A stretch of DNA of 64,000 nt from Bacteroidia bacterium (GTDB taxonomy: Bacteria; Bacteroidota; Bacteroidia; Bacteroidales; VadinHA17). Shown here one piece after another: positions 28,589-38,437 of the stretch. The translations under genes and the position numbers were made by a program. The stretch's first letter is position 1. The number at the start of each line of letters is the position of its first letter. Under the pieces are notes generated by a model that searched no databases, was not told the origin of the DNA, and saw only the letters and a list, made by a program, of their open reading frames with translations. The stretch spans positions 2,887-66,886 of the forward strand of contig JAPLDX010000058.1 of the NCBI GenBank assembly GCA_026391215.1, read 5' to 3'.

Positions 28589-29912
28589 CCTTTAAATTAT
28601 CAATAATAACCAGGATTTCCCTGATTCTCCTCCTGTCGACTGATTCAATCCGGAAAGTAAATCCCCTGTATTTTATTGTCTGATCCTTTTTCGGGATTTC
28701 ACCTGTAAGCTCCAGGATAAGTCCTGCAAGGGTCTCTGATTCTCCTCTTACAGTTTCAAAAGGATCATCTTCCAGGTCAAGGACCTTGTTGAAATCATTC
28801 AAAAGGATCTTACCTTCAAAAACATATGTTTTTTCGTCAATTTTCCTGAAAAGTTCTTCATCCTTGTCGGTTTCGTCAGTTATTTCGCCTACGATCTCTT
28901 CAAGGATATCTTCCAGGGTTATTATCCCGGCTGTTCCACCATATTCATCTATTACAACAGCCATGTGTATCTTCTTAAGCTGGAACTCCTTCAGCAGATC
29001 ATTTATTTTCTTTGTTTCCGGAACAAAATATGGTGCCCTGAGAAGTGTCTGCCACTTAAAGGAGTCGGGATTATTCATATATGGAAGGATGTCCTTTGCG
29101 TACAGGATTCCCCTGACATTGTCGAATGATTCTGAATAGACGGGAATCCTCGAAAACCCCGAGTCAATTATAACCGGAATTATTTTAGAGAATCCTGACC
29201 TGATATCAACAGCTGTAACATCAATCCTGGGGCACATTATGGCGCTTACATTTGTGTACCCGAAGTTGACTATGCCTTTCAGTATCTTCTCATCTTCGCT
29301 TAGATCATCAGAAGTAAGTTCAAGTGCATCAGAAAGGTCATCCATGCTGATATTCGACTTGCGCAATCCGGCTCTTTTTTTGACAAATGAGGAAGAAAGG
29401 ATAAGAAGTGAAGTTACAGGACGAAATATCTTTTCAATCACTCCAAGTGGGAATGCCATAAACAATGCTACAGATACGTTGTATCTCGCTGCATAGACTT
29501 TAGGCATTATCTCCCCGAATAAAAGCAGCATAAATGTAATTACTACAACCTCAATCAGGAATCCCAGGACAGGACTTACGCTGAAGTTAAATAATGTCGA
29601 GCTTATAAAGGCCGCAAGCAGTACGATTGCGATATTGACAGTATTGTTTGCAACAAGCAGGGTGCTCAGCAATCTCTCGGGCATATTGTAGAGCCTGAGG
29701 ACTGCCTGTGCCTTCTTGCTTTTGTTACTTTTGAATTTTTCAATTTCGTCAGGGCTCAGTGAGAAGTAGGCTACTTCTGATCCGGACATGAGTGCAGAGC
29801 CGAAAAGGAGGACTGCAAGTACAACAAATCCAATAATTGCTTTATAATCAGGAGCATAAACAATAATGCCTGAAAGAAATCCCACAACTGAATATGAATA
29901 TTCAGGTTCCAA
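28569..29912 (-). CDS. gldE: Gliding-motility protein GldE (DUF21-CBS-CorC_HlyC family)
   Basis: 447 aa protein with an N-terminal DUF21 TM domain, a CBS pair, and a C-terminal CorC/HlyC transporter-associated domain. The synteny is ssb-gldE-gldD. Confidence 0.7.
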   Translation of the reverse strand: MEPEYSYSVVGFLSGIIVYAPDYKAIIGFVVLAVLLFGSALMSGSEVAYFSLSPDEIEKFKSNKSKKAQAVLRLYNMPERLLSTLLVANNTVNIAIVLLAAFISSTLFNFSVSPVLGFLIEVVVITFMLLLFGEIMPKVYAARYNVSVALFMAFPLGVIEKIFRPVTSLLILSSSFVKKRAGLRKSNISMDDLSDALELTSDDLSEDEKILKGIVNFGYTNVSAIMCPRIDVTAVDIRSGFSKIIPVIIDSGFSRIPVYSESFDNVRGILYAKDILPYMNNPDSFKWQTLLRAPYFVPETKKINDLLKEFQLKKIHMAVVIDEYGGTAGIITLEDILEEIVGEITDETDKDEELFRKIDEKTYVFEGKILLNDFNKVLDLEDDPFETVRGESETLAGLILELTGEIPKKDQTIKYRGFTFRIESVDRRRIREILVIIDNLKDDNAEE

Positions 29913-29936
29913 CTGAAATGATATTATTAAAACAAT

Positions 29937-30494
29937 TTAAAATGGCAGGTCATCCTCATCACGGTTCTGTCCGTTGCCCGGGCTTATATTGAAGGGTCCC
30001 GGCTCATCGCTGTTTGTACCGCCGTTTCCAGTCCTGTTTTTATCCGGGTTTTCTCCCTGGATCTGGTAGGGCTGTACAGGTTCATGGACTTCTGGAGAAG
30101 GTCCGCTTTTTTTCTGATAGTCATTTGTGGTATCTTCTGTCTGTCCGGCAGAGATTCCTTGTCCCTGTTTCTTTTCCATAACCATCATTGTGTCGGCAAG
30201 GATCTCAGTAATATATTTATTATTCCCGTCTTTATCCACATATGACCTGGTTTTGATTTTTCCGACCAAATAGACCTGTGTTCCCTTTTTAACTGTTTTT
30301 TCAGCGACTTCAGCCAGTGCCCGCCATAAAACAATGTTATGCCATTCAGTTGAAGTGATTGTTTCCCCCTGCTGGTTTGTATATGTTTCGCTTGTAGCCA
30401 GAGGAAAGGTTGCCTTGGCAACACCCTTGTCAAAGTACCTTATAACAGGATCTTTGCCGACATTGCCTAATAATAAGACTTTATTGATTGACAT
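29937..30494 (-). CDS. ssb: Single-stranded DNA-binding protein
   Basis: MSINKVLLLGNVGKDPVIRYF...TEWHNIVLWR... is an OB fold. There is a Gly/Pro-rich tail ending DEDDLPF. ATG 30494 was chosen; the track N-terminal extension is AT-rich promoter DNA. Confidence 0.93.
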   Translation of the reverse strand: MSINKVLLLGNVGKDPVIRYFDKGVAKATFPLATSETYTNQQGETITSTEWHNIVLWRALAEVAEKTVKKGTQVYLVGKIKTRSYVDKDGNNKYITEILADTMMVMEKKQGQGISAGQTEDTTNDYQKKSGPSPEVHEPVQPYQIQGENPDKNRTGNGGTNSDEPGPFNISPGNGQNRDEDDLPF

Positions 30495-30530
30495 ATAGTT
30501 ATAATTATTAAATAATGCAACAATAAACCA

Positions 30531-30538
30531 CAAAGTTA
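30531..30538 (-). promoter_or_regulatory. Candidate -7 box (TAACTTTG on the minus strand) for ssb
   Basis: CAAAGTTA on the + strand, 37 nt upstream of the ssb ATG. Confidence 0.45.
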
Positions 30539-30654
30539 AGAAAAAAACCGCTTTTGGCAACCTCTGTTTTTCTATTTCATTGGAATTAAGATAATAATAA
30601 ACATCAAAAAAAAATTTATTATATAAGTGTTTCAATTTAAATAAATAATATTTC

Positions 30655-30662
30655 TATATTTG
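30655..30662 (+). promoter_or_regulatory. Candidate -7 box (TATATTTG) for the HU gene
   Basis: Exact TAnnTTTG match 59 nt upstream of ATG 30721. Confidence 0.45.
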
Positions 30663-30720
30663 CAGGGTTGAAAAAAACGAATAATCAAAATAAGTTGTTG
30701 AATTTTAAATCACTAGAAAA

Positions 30721-31008
30721 ATGACTAAAGCAGACATTGTTAATGAAATTGCCAAGAACACTGGTATTGAAAAGGTAACTGTACAGAAAACAGTAGAAGC
30801 CTTCATGGAAACAATAAAACATTCAATGGTAACTGGTAATAATGTTTACCTCAGGGGTTTCGGAAGCTTTATCGTTAAGAAAAGAGCAAAGAAAACTGCA
30901 AGGAATATTTCAAAGAATACTACAATTATCATTCCTGCTCACAATATCCCTGCTTTTAAACCGGCTAAATCATTCATTACCAAAGTTAAATCTCACGTAA
31001 AGAAGTAA
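30721..31008 (+). CDS. HU-family DNA-binding protein
   Basis: MTKADIVNEIAKNTGI...VYLRGFGSF.VKKRA.K.ARNI..N....IPAH..P.FKP.. is the HU/IHF fold. Confidence 0.92.
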   Translation: MTKADIVNEIAKNTGIEKVTVQKTVEAFMETIKHSMVTGNNVYLRGFGSFIVKKRAKKTARNISKNTTIIIPAHNIPAFKPAKSFITKVKSHVKK

Positions 31009-31014
31009 TCCTGT

Positions 31015-31104
31015 ATGCCAAGCGGTAAAAAAAGAAAGAGACATAAAATGGCCACCCATAAACGTAAAAAACGTTTACGGAAGAACAGACATAAGAAGAA
31101 ATAA
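31015..31104 (+). CDS. 29-aa arginine/lysine-rich micro-protein, bS22 (AURKAIP1/mS38-like) ribosomal protein candidate
   Basis: Hand translation gives MPSGKKRKRHKMATHKRKKRLRKNRHKKK*. It starts 7 nt after the HU stop and is followed by a hairpin. Confidence 0.6.
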   Translation: MPSGKKRKRHKMATHKRKKRLRKNRHKKK

Positions 31105-31138
31105 CAGATCATAGGGTGGTCTTTGTACTGAATATATT

Positions 31139-31173
31139 AAACCTAAAGGTCCGGTGATCTTTAGGTTTATTGT
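31139..31173 (+). terminator. Stem-loop terminator candidate
   Basis: AAACCTAAAG-(10 nt)-CTTTAGGTTT followed by ATTGT. The U-tract is weak. Confidence 0.5.
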
Positions 31174-31226
31174 ATGTAGAAATCGGAAATGTTTGGAAAG
31201 AAAATATTTCAGATCAATAAGAGAAA

Positions 31227-32786
31227 GTGGCAAACAAGGATCTGATCATTGATGTAAGTGATTCCGAGGTTTCGTTGGCATTGCTGGAAGACAAGCAGTT
31301 AATTGAGTTAAACAAGGAAAAGCGAAATATAAGATTTTCAGTCGGGGATATTTACCTGGGGAAGGTAAAGAAGATAATGCCCGGACTGAATGCAGCTTTT
31401 ATTAATGTCGGTTACGAGCGTGATGCATTCCTGCATTATCTGGATCTCGGGGCTCAGTTCAGAACTCAGCATAAATATTATACTTCTGCAATCCAGAAAC
31501 AGGGGAGGACTGTCCCTGTGCATAAATTCAAGCCTGAACCCGATATAGATAAAGAAGGAAAGATAACTGATGTTCTTACCCAGGGTCAGACAGCCATTGT
31601 CCAGATAACCAAAGAACCAATTTCAACAAAGGGTCCAAGGCTGGCATCAGAAATATCCATCGCAGGAAGGAACCTTGTCCTCATTCCATACTCCGACAAG
31701 GTATCTGTCTCCTCAAAAATTGAGAGCCAGGAGGAAAAAAACCGGCTAAAAGCACTTCTGCAAAGCATCAAACCCAGAAATTACGGGATAATTGTCAGAA
31801 CAGCAGCCGAAGGGAAGAAAGTTGCGGTTCTGGATGCCGAACTCAGAGAGCTTGTAAGAAAATGGGAATCAGCTTTCTTCACAATAAAGAAAGAAATAAA
31901 AGCGCCCAGGCTGTTCATAGGCGAAATGAACAGGACAACAACAATCCTCCGGGATATGCTGAATGTCACTTTCAACAGCATTTATATAAACGATCCTGCC
32001 CTTGCTGACGAAATCCGTAAGTATATTAATGAAATAGCCCCCGAAAAAGCTAAAATAATCAAGCTCTACAAGGGCACCCTGCCAATATTCGACCATTTTG
32101 GCGTAAATAAGCAGATAAAAGCCCTGTTCGGGAAAACAATATCCTTCAAGCATGGCGCTTATTTGATAATAGAACATACAGAAGCCCTGCATGTTATAGA
32201 TGTGAACAGCGGCAACCGCGCAAGATCCGGTAACGACCAGGAATCTAACGCCCTGGAGGTAAATATGGAAGCTGCAACAGAGATCGCAAGACAGCTCCGG
32301 CTGAGAGATATGGGAGGGATAATTGTAATCGATTTTATCGATATGCAGTCAAACGAAAATAAGCAGGCCTTGTATGATAAGATGAAGGAGATTATGTCAA
32401 ACGACAGGACAAAACATAATATCCTCCCGCTGACAAAATTTGGCTTAATGCAGATAACCAGGCAGAGAGTCCGACCTGTTATGAATATAGTGACCAATGA
32501 AAAGTGCCCTTCATGCCAGGGCACAGGCGAAACAAGACCGGCGATACTATTTACGGATGAGATTGAAAAAGGCCTCTCTTTTATTGTCGACAAGGTAAAA
32601 ACCAGGATGCTGCTGCTTAATGTGCATCCATATGTTGCCTCATACCTTAAGAAGGGATTATTCCCAATTTGCCGGAAATGGAACTTTAAATACAAGATCA
32701 GCCTGAAAGTCCAGGCTGTCACCTCTTACCACATGCTCGAATACCATTTCTTCGACCGGTATGATAATGAGATAGATCTGGCATAA
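31227..32786 (+). CDS. rng: Ribonuclease G / Rne-Rng family ribonuclease
   Basis: S1 domain (...VGDIYLGKVKKIMPGLNAAFINVG...) and catalytic core (...IIEHTEALHVIDVNSG...). GTG start. Confidence 0.92.
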   Translation: MANKDLIIDVSDSEVSLALLEDKQLIELNKEKRNIRFSVGDIYLGKVKKIMPGLNAAFINVGYERDAFLHYLDLGAQFRTQHKYYTSAIQKQGRTVPVHKFKPEPDIDKEGKITDVLTQGQTAIVQITKEPISTKGPRLASEISIAGRNLVLIPYSDKVSVSSKIESQEEKNRLKALLQSIKPRNYGIIVRTAAEGKKVAVLDAELRELVRKWESAFFTIKKEIKAPRLFIGEMNRTTTILRDMLNVTFNSIYINDPALADEIRKYINEIAPEKAKIIKLYKGTLPIFDHFGVNKQIKALFGKTISFKHGAYLIIEHTEALHVIDVNSGNRARSGNDQESNALEVNMEAATEIARQLRLRDMGGIIVIDFIDMQSNENKQALYDKMKEIMSNDRTKHNILPLTKFGLMQITRQRVRPVMNIVTNEKCPSCQGTGETRPAILFTDEIEKGLSFIVDKVKTRMLLLNVHPYVASYLKKGLFPICRKWNFKYKISLKVQAVTSYHMLEYHFFDRYDNEIDLA

Positions 32787-32817
32787 CATTTTAACTCTTA
32801 AATTGTTATATGTTTAC

Positions 32818-32825
32818 TATTTTTG
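32818..32825 (+). promoter_or_regulatory. Candidate -7 box (TATTTTTG) for dsbD
   Basis: Exact TAnnTTTG match 22 nt upstream of ATG 32847. Confidence 0.5.
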
Positions 32826-32846
32826 ATACCGGTAATAAACAATAAC

Positions 32847-34826
32847 ATGCAACAAAGAAGATATTTGATTATAATTCCTGCTCTTCTTCTTACCATATCC
32901 ATGCAGGCCCAGATTTTTGATCCTGTCTCATGGGAATTTGGTTATGAAAAGAAAGGAGATAATCAATATGAACTGGTCTTTACTTCAATCATTGAAAAGG
33001 GATCACATATTTATTCAATCGATATACCAGAAGGAGGACCCATTCCAACCTCTTTCCGCTTTGATACCCTTCAGGGATATTCGCTTAATGGTGATACATG
33101 GGAAGTTACAAAGCCTGAGGAGCTGTTTGATGAAGCTTTTGGCTTTAAAATAAAATCTTTCAGCGATAAAGCTGAATTCAGGCAAAAATTAACCGGCAAC
33201 CTGCCTTCATTCACAGTTAAAGGTGAAGTGAACTTTATGGCCTGCAATAATGTTACATGTTCACCTCCGAAAGATGTGGAATTTGAAATAAGGATCAGTG
33301 ATTCTGCTACAGGTCGGTCAGTTACTAAAAATGCTGATTCAGAGCCTGTTCGTGAGAAGAAAGGCTTGCTTGGTTTCTTCATCCTTTCATTGATTGCAGG
33401 ATTTGCCGGGATACTTACCCCCTGCGTATTCCCGATGATCCCGATGACCGTCGCATTCTTTTCACAGGGATCAGAAAACAGGAAAAGATCAGTAATCAAG
33501 GCCATTATTTTTGGTGTATCAATTATTCTTATCTATACCTCGCTGGGAATAATTGTATCTCTTACAAGTGCCGGTGCCGGATTTGCAAATACGCTGAGCA
33601 CTCACTGGATACCCAATATTATCTTCTTTACCTTATTCCTTGTCTTTGCAATATCGTTTTTTGGTGCTTTTGAGATCATCCTTCCAAATAAATGGGTAAC
33701 AGGCGCTGATTCCAAAGTAGACAAAGGCGGCATTATTGCAGCATTTTTCCTGGGAATTACAACTGTTATTGTATCTTTCTCATGTACGGGCCCGATTGTC
33801 GGCGCTCTACTGGTGGAAGCTGCCGGCGGAGATGTCCTGAGACCAACCATAGGAATGTTCGGATTCGGACTTGCATTTGCGCTCCCTTTCACCCTGTTCG
33901 CTCTCTTCCCATCCATAATGTCCAAAATGCCAAAATCAGGCGGATGGCTCAACTCCATTAAGGTAGTTCTCGGATTCATAATGCTTGCGTTCAGCCTGAA
34001 ATTCCTTATGACTATCGATAGTGTTTACTCAATAGGGATCCTTTCAAGAGATATTGTACTGGTTATATGGATAGTTCTGTTCGGTCTGCTTGGTCTTTAC
34101 CTGATGGGCAAGATAAAATTCGCCCATGACAGTGATCTCCAACATATTGGGACGTTCAGATTGTTTCTCATCATTACCGTATTTGCATTTATGGTTTATT
34201 TAATCACCGGTCTGTTTGGCGCCCCGCTCAAAGGATTATCATCTTTTCTGCCATCACAGGAGACATCATGGTTTTATAAAAGACAATCAGTAAATGAAGA
34301 GAAAACTGTTTCCTCTCCGGCGTTTCAGTTTTCGACTATAAGCGAAATTTGTTCGAAACCAATGTACGGGGATATTTTCAAAATGCCGCTTGGCCTGACA
34401 GGATATTTTGAATATGAGCAAGGCCTTGCCTGTGCAAAAGAACAGGGTAAACCTGTCCTTATTGATTTTAAAGGTCACGCCTGCGCAAATTGCAAGGTGA
34501 TGGAAGCGAGGGTGTGGTCGGATCCGGAAATTTTAAAGAGGCTCAGTGAAAATTTCGTTATAATCTCACTTTATGCTGACGACAGAACTCAACTTCCGGA
34601 AAGTGAATGGATTACCTCTGAGGTTGATGGAAAAGTAAAAAAGACTATCGGAAAAATAAACGAGGATATTGAGATATCAAAATTTAAAACTAACGCTCTC
34701 CCTTTATATGTAATTACCGATTCCAAAGGGAATCCCCTGAATAAGCCAATGCCGACAAACCTGGATGTTGAGGAATATATGAAATGGCTTGACGAAGGAG
34801 TGGACGCTTTTCTAAAACTTCCCTAA
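32847..34826 (+). CDS. dsbD: Thiol:disulfide interchange protein DsbD family
   Basis: Signal peptide, an N-terminal periplasmic domain, a TM core with ...TPCVFPMIPM... and ...SCTGP..., and a C-terminal thioredoxin fold (...GHACANCKVME...). Confidence 0.9.
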   Translation: MQQRRYLIIIPALLLTISMQAQIFDPVSWEFGYEKKGDNQYELVFTSIIEKGSHIYSIDIPEGGPIPTSFRFDTLQGYSLNGDTWEVTKPEELFDEAFGFKIKSFSDKAEFRQKLTGNLPSFTVKGEVNFMACNNVTCSPPKDVEFEIRISDSATGRSVTKNADSEPVREKKGLLGFFILSLIAGFAGILTPCVFPMIPMTVAFFSQGSENRKRSVIKAIIFGVSIILIYTSLGIIVSLTSAGAGFANTLSTHWIPNIIFFTLFLVFAISFFGAFEIILPNKWVTGADSKVDKGGIIAAFFLGITTVIVSFSCTGPIVGALLVEAAGGDVLRPTIGMFGFGLAFALPFTLFALFPSIMSKMPKSGGWLNSIKVVLGFIMLAFSLKFLMTIDSVYSIGILSRDIVLVIWIVLFGLLGLYLMGKIKFAHDSDLQHIGTFRLFLIITVFAFMVYLITGLFGAPLKGLSSFLPSQETSWFYKRQSVNEEKTVSSPAFQFSTISEICSKPMYGDIFKMPLGLTGYFEYEQGLACAKEQGKPVLIDFKGHACANCKVMEARVWSDPEILKRLSENFVIISLYADDRTQLPESEWITSEVDGKVKKTIGKINEDIEISKFKTNALPLYVITDSKGNPLNKPMPTNLDVEEYMKWLDEGVDAFLKLP

Positions 34827-35456
34827 TTTCAGGGTGACAGTATAGCTCAATGTTCGGAGCGATTCCACATCTATTGTGTAAGATCCCGGTAATCCGACAT
34901 CAAATGGTGTCGGAAGCCTGTAAGAGGCTCCTATTGCAAGCCGTAAGAATCTTGTTAGGTTAAGTTCGAGCTCGGCTGAAGGTTCAATGAGAAGGAATGC
35001 CTTTGAGTCTTCAAGAAAATTCTCATTGAACTCAATATCTTTCGAGATAAAAGATATCCCGCCAAATCCAAACAGCACCGGGAATGAAAGATGTACCGGG
35101 AAACGCGGCAATAAGACCGGTTCAATATATAAACCTCCATATCCTCCGGTGAGGAATACATCCCTGTCAATTGCTGGTTCATAATGGAACTCATTAATGA
35201 ATCCAGTAGCTCCCATTCCGATTCCCAGTGAATGGCTGGCCATCCAGGAGAATCTTCCCCCGAACAGTATAGCATCCATATTGTTAATATTAGAGTAACC
35301 CGTAGAAAATGAGCAGTATCCGCCACCGCCCCTGTCATGTCCCAGAAGAGTCTTCATTTCATTGTTTTTATAATACTGAAATTCAGGTTCCTCCTGGGAA
35401 AAAGTAACAATAGAAACCATTAAAAGCATTGAGGCTGTAAATATTATCTTTTTCAT
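34812..35456 (-). CDS. Outer-membrane beta-barrel-like hypothetical protein
   Basis: Signal peptide, Gly/aromatic-rich alternating strands, and a C-terminal ...TLKLGKF. It is the last gene of the ECF-sigma operon. Confidence 0.65.
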   Translation of the reverse strand: MKKIIFTASMLLMVSIVTFSQEEPEFQYYKNNEMKTLLGHDRGGGGYCSFSTGYSNINNMDAILFGGRFSWMASHSLGIGMGATGFINEFHYEPAIDRDVFLTGGYGGLYIEPVLLPRFPVHLSFPVLFGFGGISFISKDIEFNENFLEDSKAFLLIEPSAELELNLTRFLRLAIGASYRLPTPFDVGLPGSYTIDVESLRTLSYTVTLKLGKF

Positions 35457-35480
35457 TGTTGATTACTTTTAGTTTAAATA

Positions 35481-35993
35481 TTAAAAAGCATAAGAAACTG
35501 ATATGCCGATATCAGCCGGCATAATTTTTACAAAAGCAGGTATAGATAATTCAACATATGGTTTGATGTTGACACTTAAAATTAGAGGAATATCCCTGAA
35601 CCTGTATTCTGCTGCGGCCCATCCGTCGGCTCCGAATACCGGGCAGAACCTGTCATCCGCAAAATTGTATCGCTCACCCAGGAATGAGATATGATCTGTA
35701 ACTATGAATCCGGCATGCCCTCCATATCCCCAGGCAAAATAGAGATCGGGTGAGATTTCAGAGATGACAGTCTCATAGGTGATTCTGAGAACAGTAAGCT
35801 GTATACCGTTTTTATTGAACCCGAGCATTGCGTTATAGTTTACCTCACCATTACCATACATTGAGGGTAGCTGGATGAATAATCCACCCCTGATTCCGGT
35901 ACGGACACCAGCCTGTCTGTAGTACCCCTGTCCAAATGCTTCAACTGGCAGAAGGAAGGCAGCTATTGCAAGAAAAACATATAGTTTCTTCAT
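35481..35993 (-). CDS. Outer-membrane beta-barrel-like hypothetical protein
   Basis: Signal peptide (MKKLYVFLAIAAFLLPVEAFGQ) and a C-terminal ...GISVSYAF beta-signal-like end. Confidence 0.65.
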   Translation of the reverse strand: MKKLYVFLAIAAFLLPVEAFGQGYYRQAGVRTGIRGGLFIQLPSMYGNGEVNYNAMLGFNKNGIQLTVLRITYETVISEISPDLYFAWGYGGHAGFIVTDHISFLGERYNFADDRFCPVFGADGWAAAEYRFRDIPLILSVNIKPYVELSIPAFVKIMPADIGISVSYAF

Positions 35994-36002
35994 GGTATTA
36001 TC

Positions 36003-36788
36003 CTATTTGACTTTAATGATCCTCCCTGATCCTGAGATTGTCTGTACTATTTCGGGGTCTCCCTTTACATAAATATTACCGCTTCCGGAAATAAGTCCGG
36101 TCAGTGTACTTTCTACATATGTATAGGCGCTTCCTGATCCTGAGATTATTACCGAAGCAGTTTGTGAAATCAGATCGCCACCGTAAATGTTTCCGCTTCC
36201 CGATATTTTAAGATGTGACGTTTCGCAATCACCGGTAACTGACATTGTACCGGAGCCTGAAATGGCAATATCTGTATTCAGGCAGACAATACTGACAACC
36301 TCAATATCACCTGAACCCGAATTTTTTGCTACGAAATCGTCACAATCAATCAATTCGACAGACATGTCGCCCGATCCGCTGATCATCAGAGTTACGGTTT
36401 CTCCTGACATAGTGTCGGCGATAAATGCACCCGATCCTGAATTTATCGCTCTTTTCAGAAGAGGAGAGGAAACCATAACAACCGGCCGCTCATTATAATC
36501 AAGGCAGATTGAACCGGGGCTTACCCTGATTTCAAGACAATCATCGTAAACATTGGTTTCAATATAGTTCAGGATGTTCTGTTCTGCACTTATTGTAATC
36601 CCGAATGTGTCAGCCTGTTTATATATTACATCAAAAGATGTTGAGTTTTCGAGCTGATCAAAAGATGATACCCTGCGGTCTTCGAGTGTTGATACCCCAT
36701 CACCCTCAATGCACAATATATCCCTCAGACAGGAATTACAGGTTAATAGGAATATTACTGCTAATAAAAATATAATCCTGGTTTTCAT
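36003..36788 (-). CDS. DUF2807 / head-GIN-domain putative adhesin-like lipoprotein
   Basis: Repeated (I/V)SGSG(D/N/T) beta-helix-like units, at least 8 copies. Lipoprotein-type signal (...LLTCNSC). Confidence 0.75.
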   Translation of the reverse strand: MKTRIIFLLAVIFLLTCNSCLRDILCIEGDGVSTLEDRRVSSFDQLENSTSFDVIYKQADTFGITISAEQNILNYIETNVYDDCLEIRVSPGSICLDYNERPVVMVSSPLLKRAINSGSGAFIADTMSGETVTLMISGSGDMSVELIDCDDFVAKNSGSGDIEVVSIVCLNTDIAISGSGTMSVTGDCETSHLKISGSGNIYGGDLISQTASVIISGSGSAYTYVESTLTGLISGSGNIYVKGDPEIVQTISGSGRIIKVK

Positions 36789-36855
36789 TATTAAGAATTT
36801 AGTGACCTTTTATCTAATGACAGAATAAAACCTTTGCGGTTGCACAATAAAGGAT

Positions 36856-37941
36856 TTATTTTAAATAAAGATTCCCCCTTGTTGCATCGATCATTACCTT
36901 TATATTGCCTGGATTTTTACCTACTGAACCAAAGGTCATGTATTCTTTCTTCTCCTCGCTGAGAGTTTTCTTTTCAAGATTTGAATCCTTTTCAGGAAGG
37001 ACTACGAAAGCATTTACATGTCTGATATCCAGATTATAGGATAATGAAGGATCAAAAGCAAGACTTATATCCGTATAACAGGAATTTATTGTGACCATCT
37101 CAATTCCTTTCTCAATATGCTCAGTATCCAGGTCTCCGTATTTTGTAACAATATTGATCTCTTTTTGCAGCTCCTTAATCCTGAAATCAGAGAAATATGA
37201 GTTACCCCTTATTGAGCTTATTTTCCCAATATATAATTCATCCCTTCTCGATTCGACAATGATATTTCCTGCCATTCCGAGATTGAACTTTGAAGAGACA
37301 GAAGTTATGCTCAGATCTCCGGATTCATCAATTTCAACATCGGAGAAGGAAGTATTCAGCCGTCCTTTTGTAATTTTATTGATTGTAGCGTCACAGAATA
37401 CCATATCGATGCCATTTGATTCGTTAAGCGTATTCGCCTTGAAGGCTCCGTTTGAAATGTTCAGAGACAGATTCCCCGTATTGTTTTCCATATACACATT
37501 ACCGTACTTATTTGTGATTCTCATGTCAATGTATTCCGGGGCATTGATAAAGTAGTTGATCTGAAGCTTCGATTCATAAGGGATCAGCTTGCTGGTCATC
37601 CCTTTGAAACTTTCAAACAGCATGCTTATGTTCTGGGTGAAAATGGTATGGGCTCTTACCAGGTAACTTGTCCCGGAGATATTTACGTCAACTCCCTGGA
37701 ACATTTTTCCCAGTCGATCCAGGTCGGAGCTGAATGCTTCTACTTCGGCTCTTATCTCTACTGAATCTTTGTTCCAGGAAGTGATCTGGATGGTCCCGTA
37801 TTTATTGTCAATCTCGAGGGTCACATCCTTGTTCACAGCCATGGTTTTTTGGAAAGTCTTTTTTTCAGAGAAAGCTTGTCCGCAGATCAGTTCCGCTGAA
37901 AAGAGAAATGTCAGGATAAGTGTTAATAATCTATAGTGCAT
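36856..37941 (-). CDS. DUF4097-family beta-strand repeat protein
   Basis: Signal peptide from MHYRLLTLILTFLFSAE, followed by repetitive N/G-rich beta-strand units. ATG 37941 is preferred; the track start at 37971 lies deep inside the anti-sigma gene. Confidence 0.7.
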   Translation of the reverse strand: MHYRLLTLILTFLFSAELICGQAFSEKKTFQKTMAVNKDVTLEIDNKYGTIQITSWNKDSVEIRAEVEAFSSDLDRLGKMFQGVDVNISGTSYLVRAHTIFTQNISMLFESFKGMTSKLIPYESKLQINYFINAPEYIDMRITNKYGNVYMENNTGNLSLNISNGAFKANTLNESNGIDMVFCDATINKITKGRLNTSFSDVEIDESGDLSITSVSSKFNLGMAGNIIVESRRDELYIGKISSIRGNSYFSDFRIKELQKEINIVTKYGDLDTEHIEKGIEMVTINSCYTDISLAFDPSLSYNLDIRHVNAFVVLPEKDSNLEKKTLSEEKKEYMTFGSVGKNPGNIKVMIDATRGNLYLK

Positions 37942-38437
37942 TGTCTTTATTTTTTTCAGATGTATTTTCATTTTGCTTTAAAACGTCAAGCATATCTTCC
38001 AGGATATGTGTTTTTATCCTGTAGTTATTAATCAGAGCTTCAATAACCTCCTGGTTATCAACATTATCCCTTAGATCTTTTTTAATGTCATTACAGATGC
38101 TGTCAAGCTGGGACAGATCACTTAAAAGCTCTTTTTCAATATCGGGATATCCTGTAAGCAAGGGTGTTGCCTCATTGTACAGGTCGTTGACAAGGTTGTT
38201 ATAGTAGATTTCGCTTTCAACAAGTTCCGGATTGTTTTTTCCCTTATCCTTGCCCACATAGAAAAAAGAAGCTATGGCAAGGATGACAACTATCATAGCT
38301 GCAGCAGAAAGCCATCTGATAAGCTCACGTCTTCCTTTATGCATATTGCTCCTGATCCCCTTCCAGACTTCAGGTGATGGGTTGTACTTATCCAGCTCTT
38401 TTCTGTTTTTCCTGATATATTCTTCCAGTCTATCCAT
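37931..38437 (-). CDS. Single-pass anti-sigma factor candidate
   Basis: 168 aa protein with one central TM segment (WLSAAAMIVVILAIASFFYV). It overlaps the sigma gene stop by 8 nt. Confidence 0.65.
   Translation of the reverse strand: MDRLEEYIRKNRKELDKYNPSPEVWKGIRSNMHKGRRELIRWLSAAAMIVVILAIASFFYVGKDKGKNNPELVESEIYYNNLVNDLYNEATPLLTGYPDIEKELLSDLSQLDSICNDIKKDLRDNVDNQEVIEALINNYRIKTHILEDMLDVLKQNENTSEKNKDNAL

Noticed and set aside
30495-30635. 47-codon N-terminal extension of ssb in the track.
   Set aside because: The extension is AT-rich promoter DNA containing a -7 box. The canonical SSB N-terminus MSINKVLLLGN starts at 30494.
32159-32722. 187-aa minus-strand ORF.
   Set aside because: It is antisense to the RNase G catalytic domain. 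Its composition is Ser/Ile/Leu-rich and typical of shadow frames.
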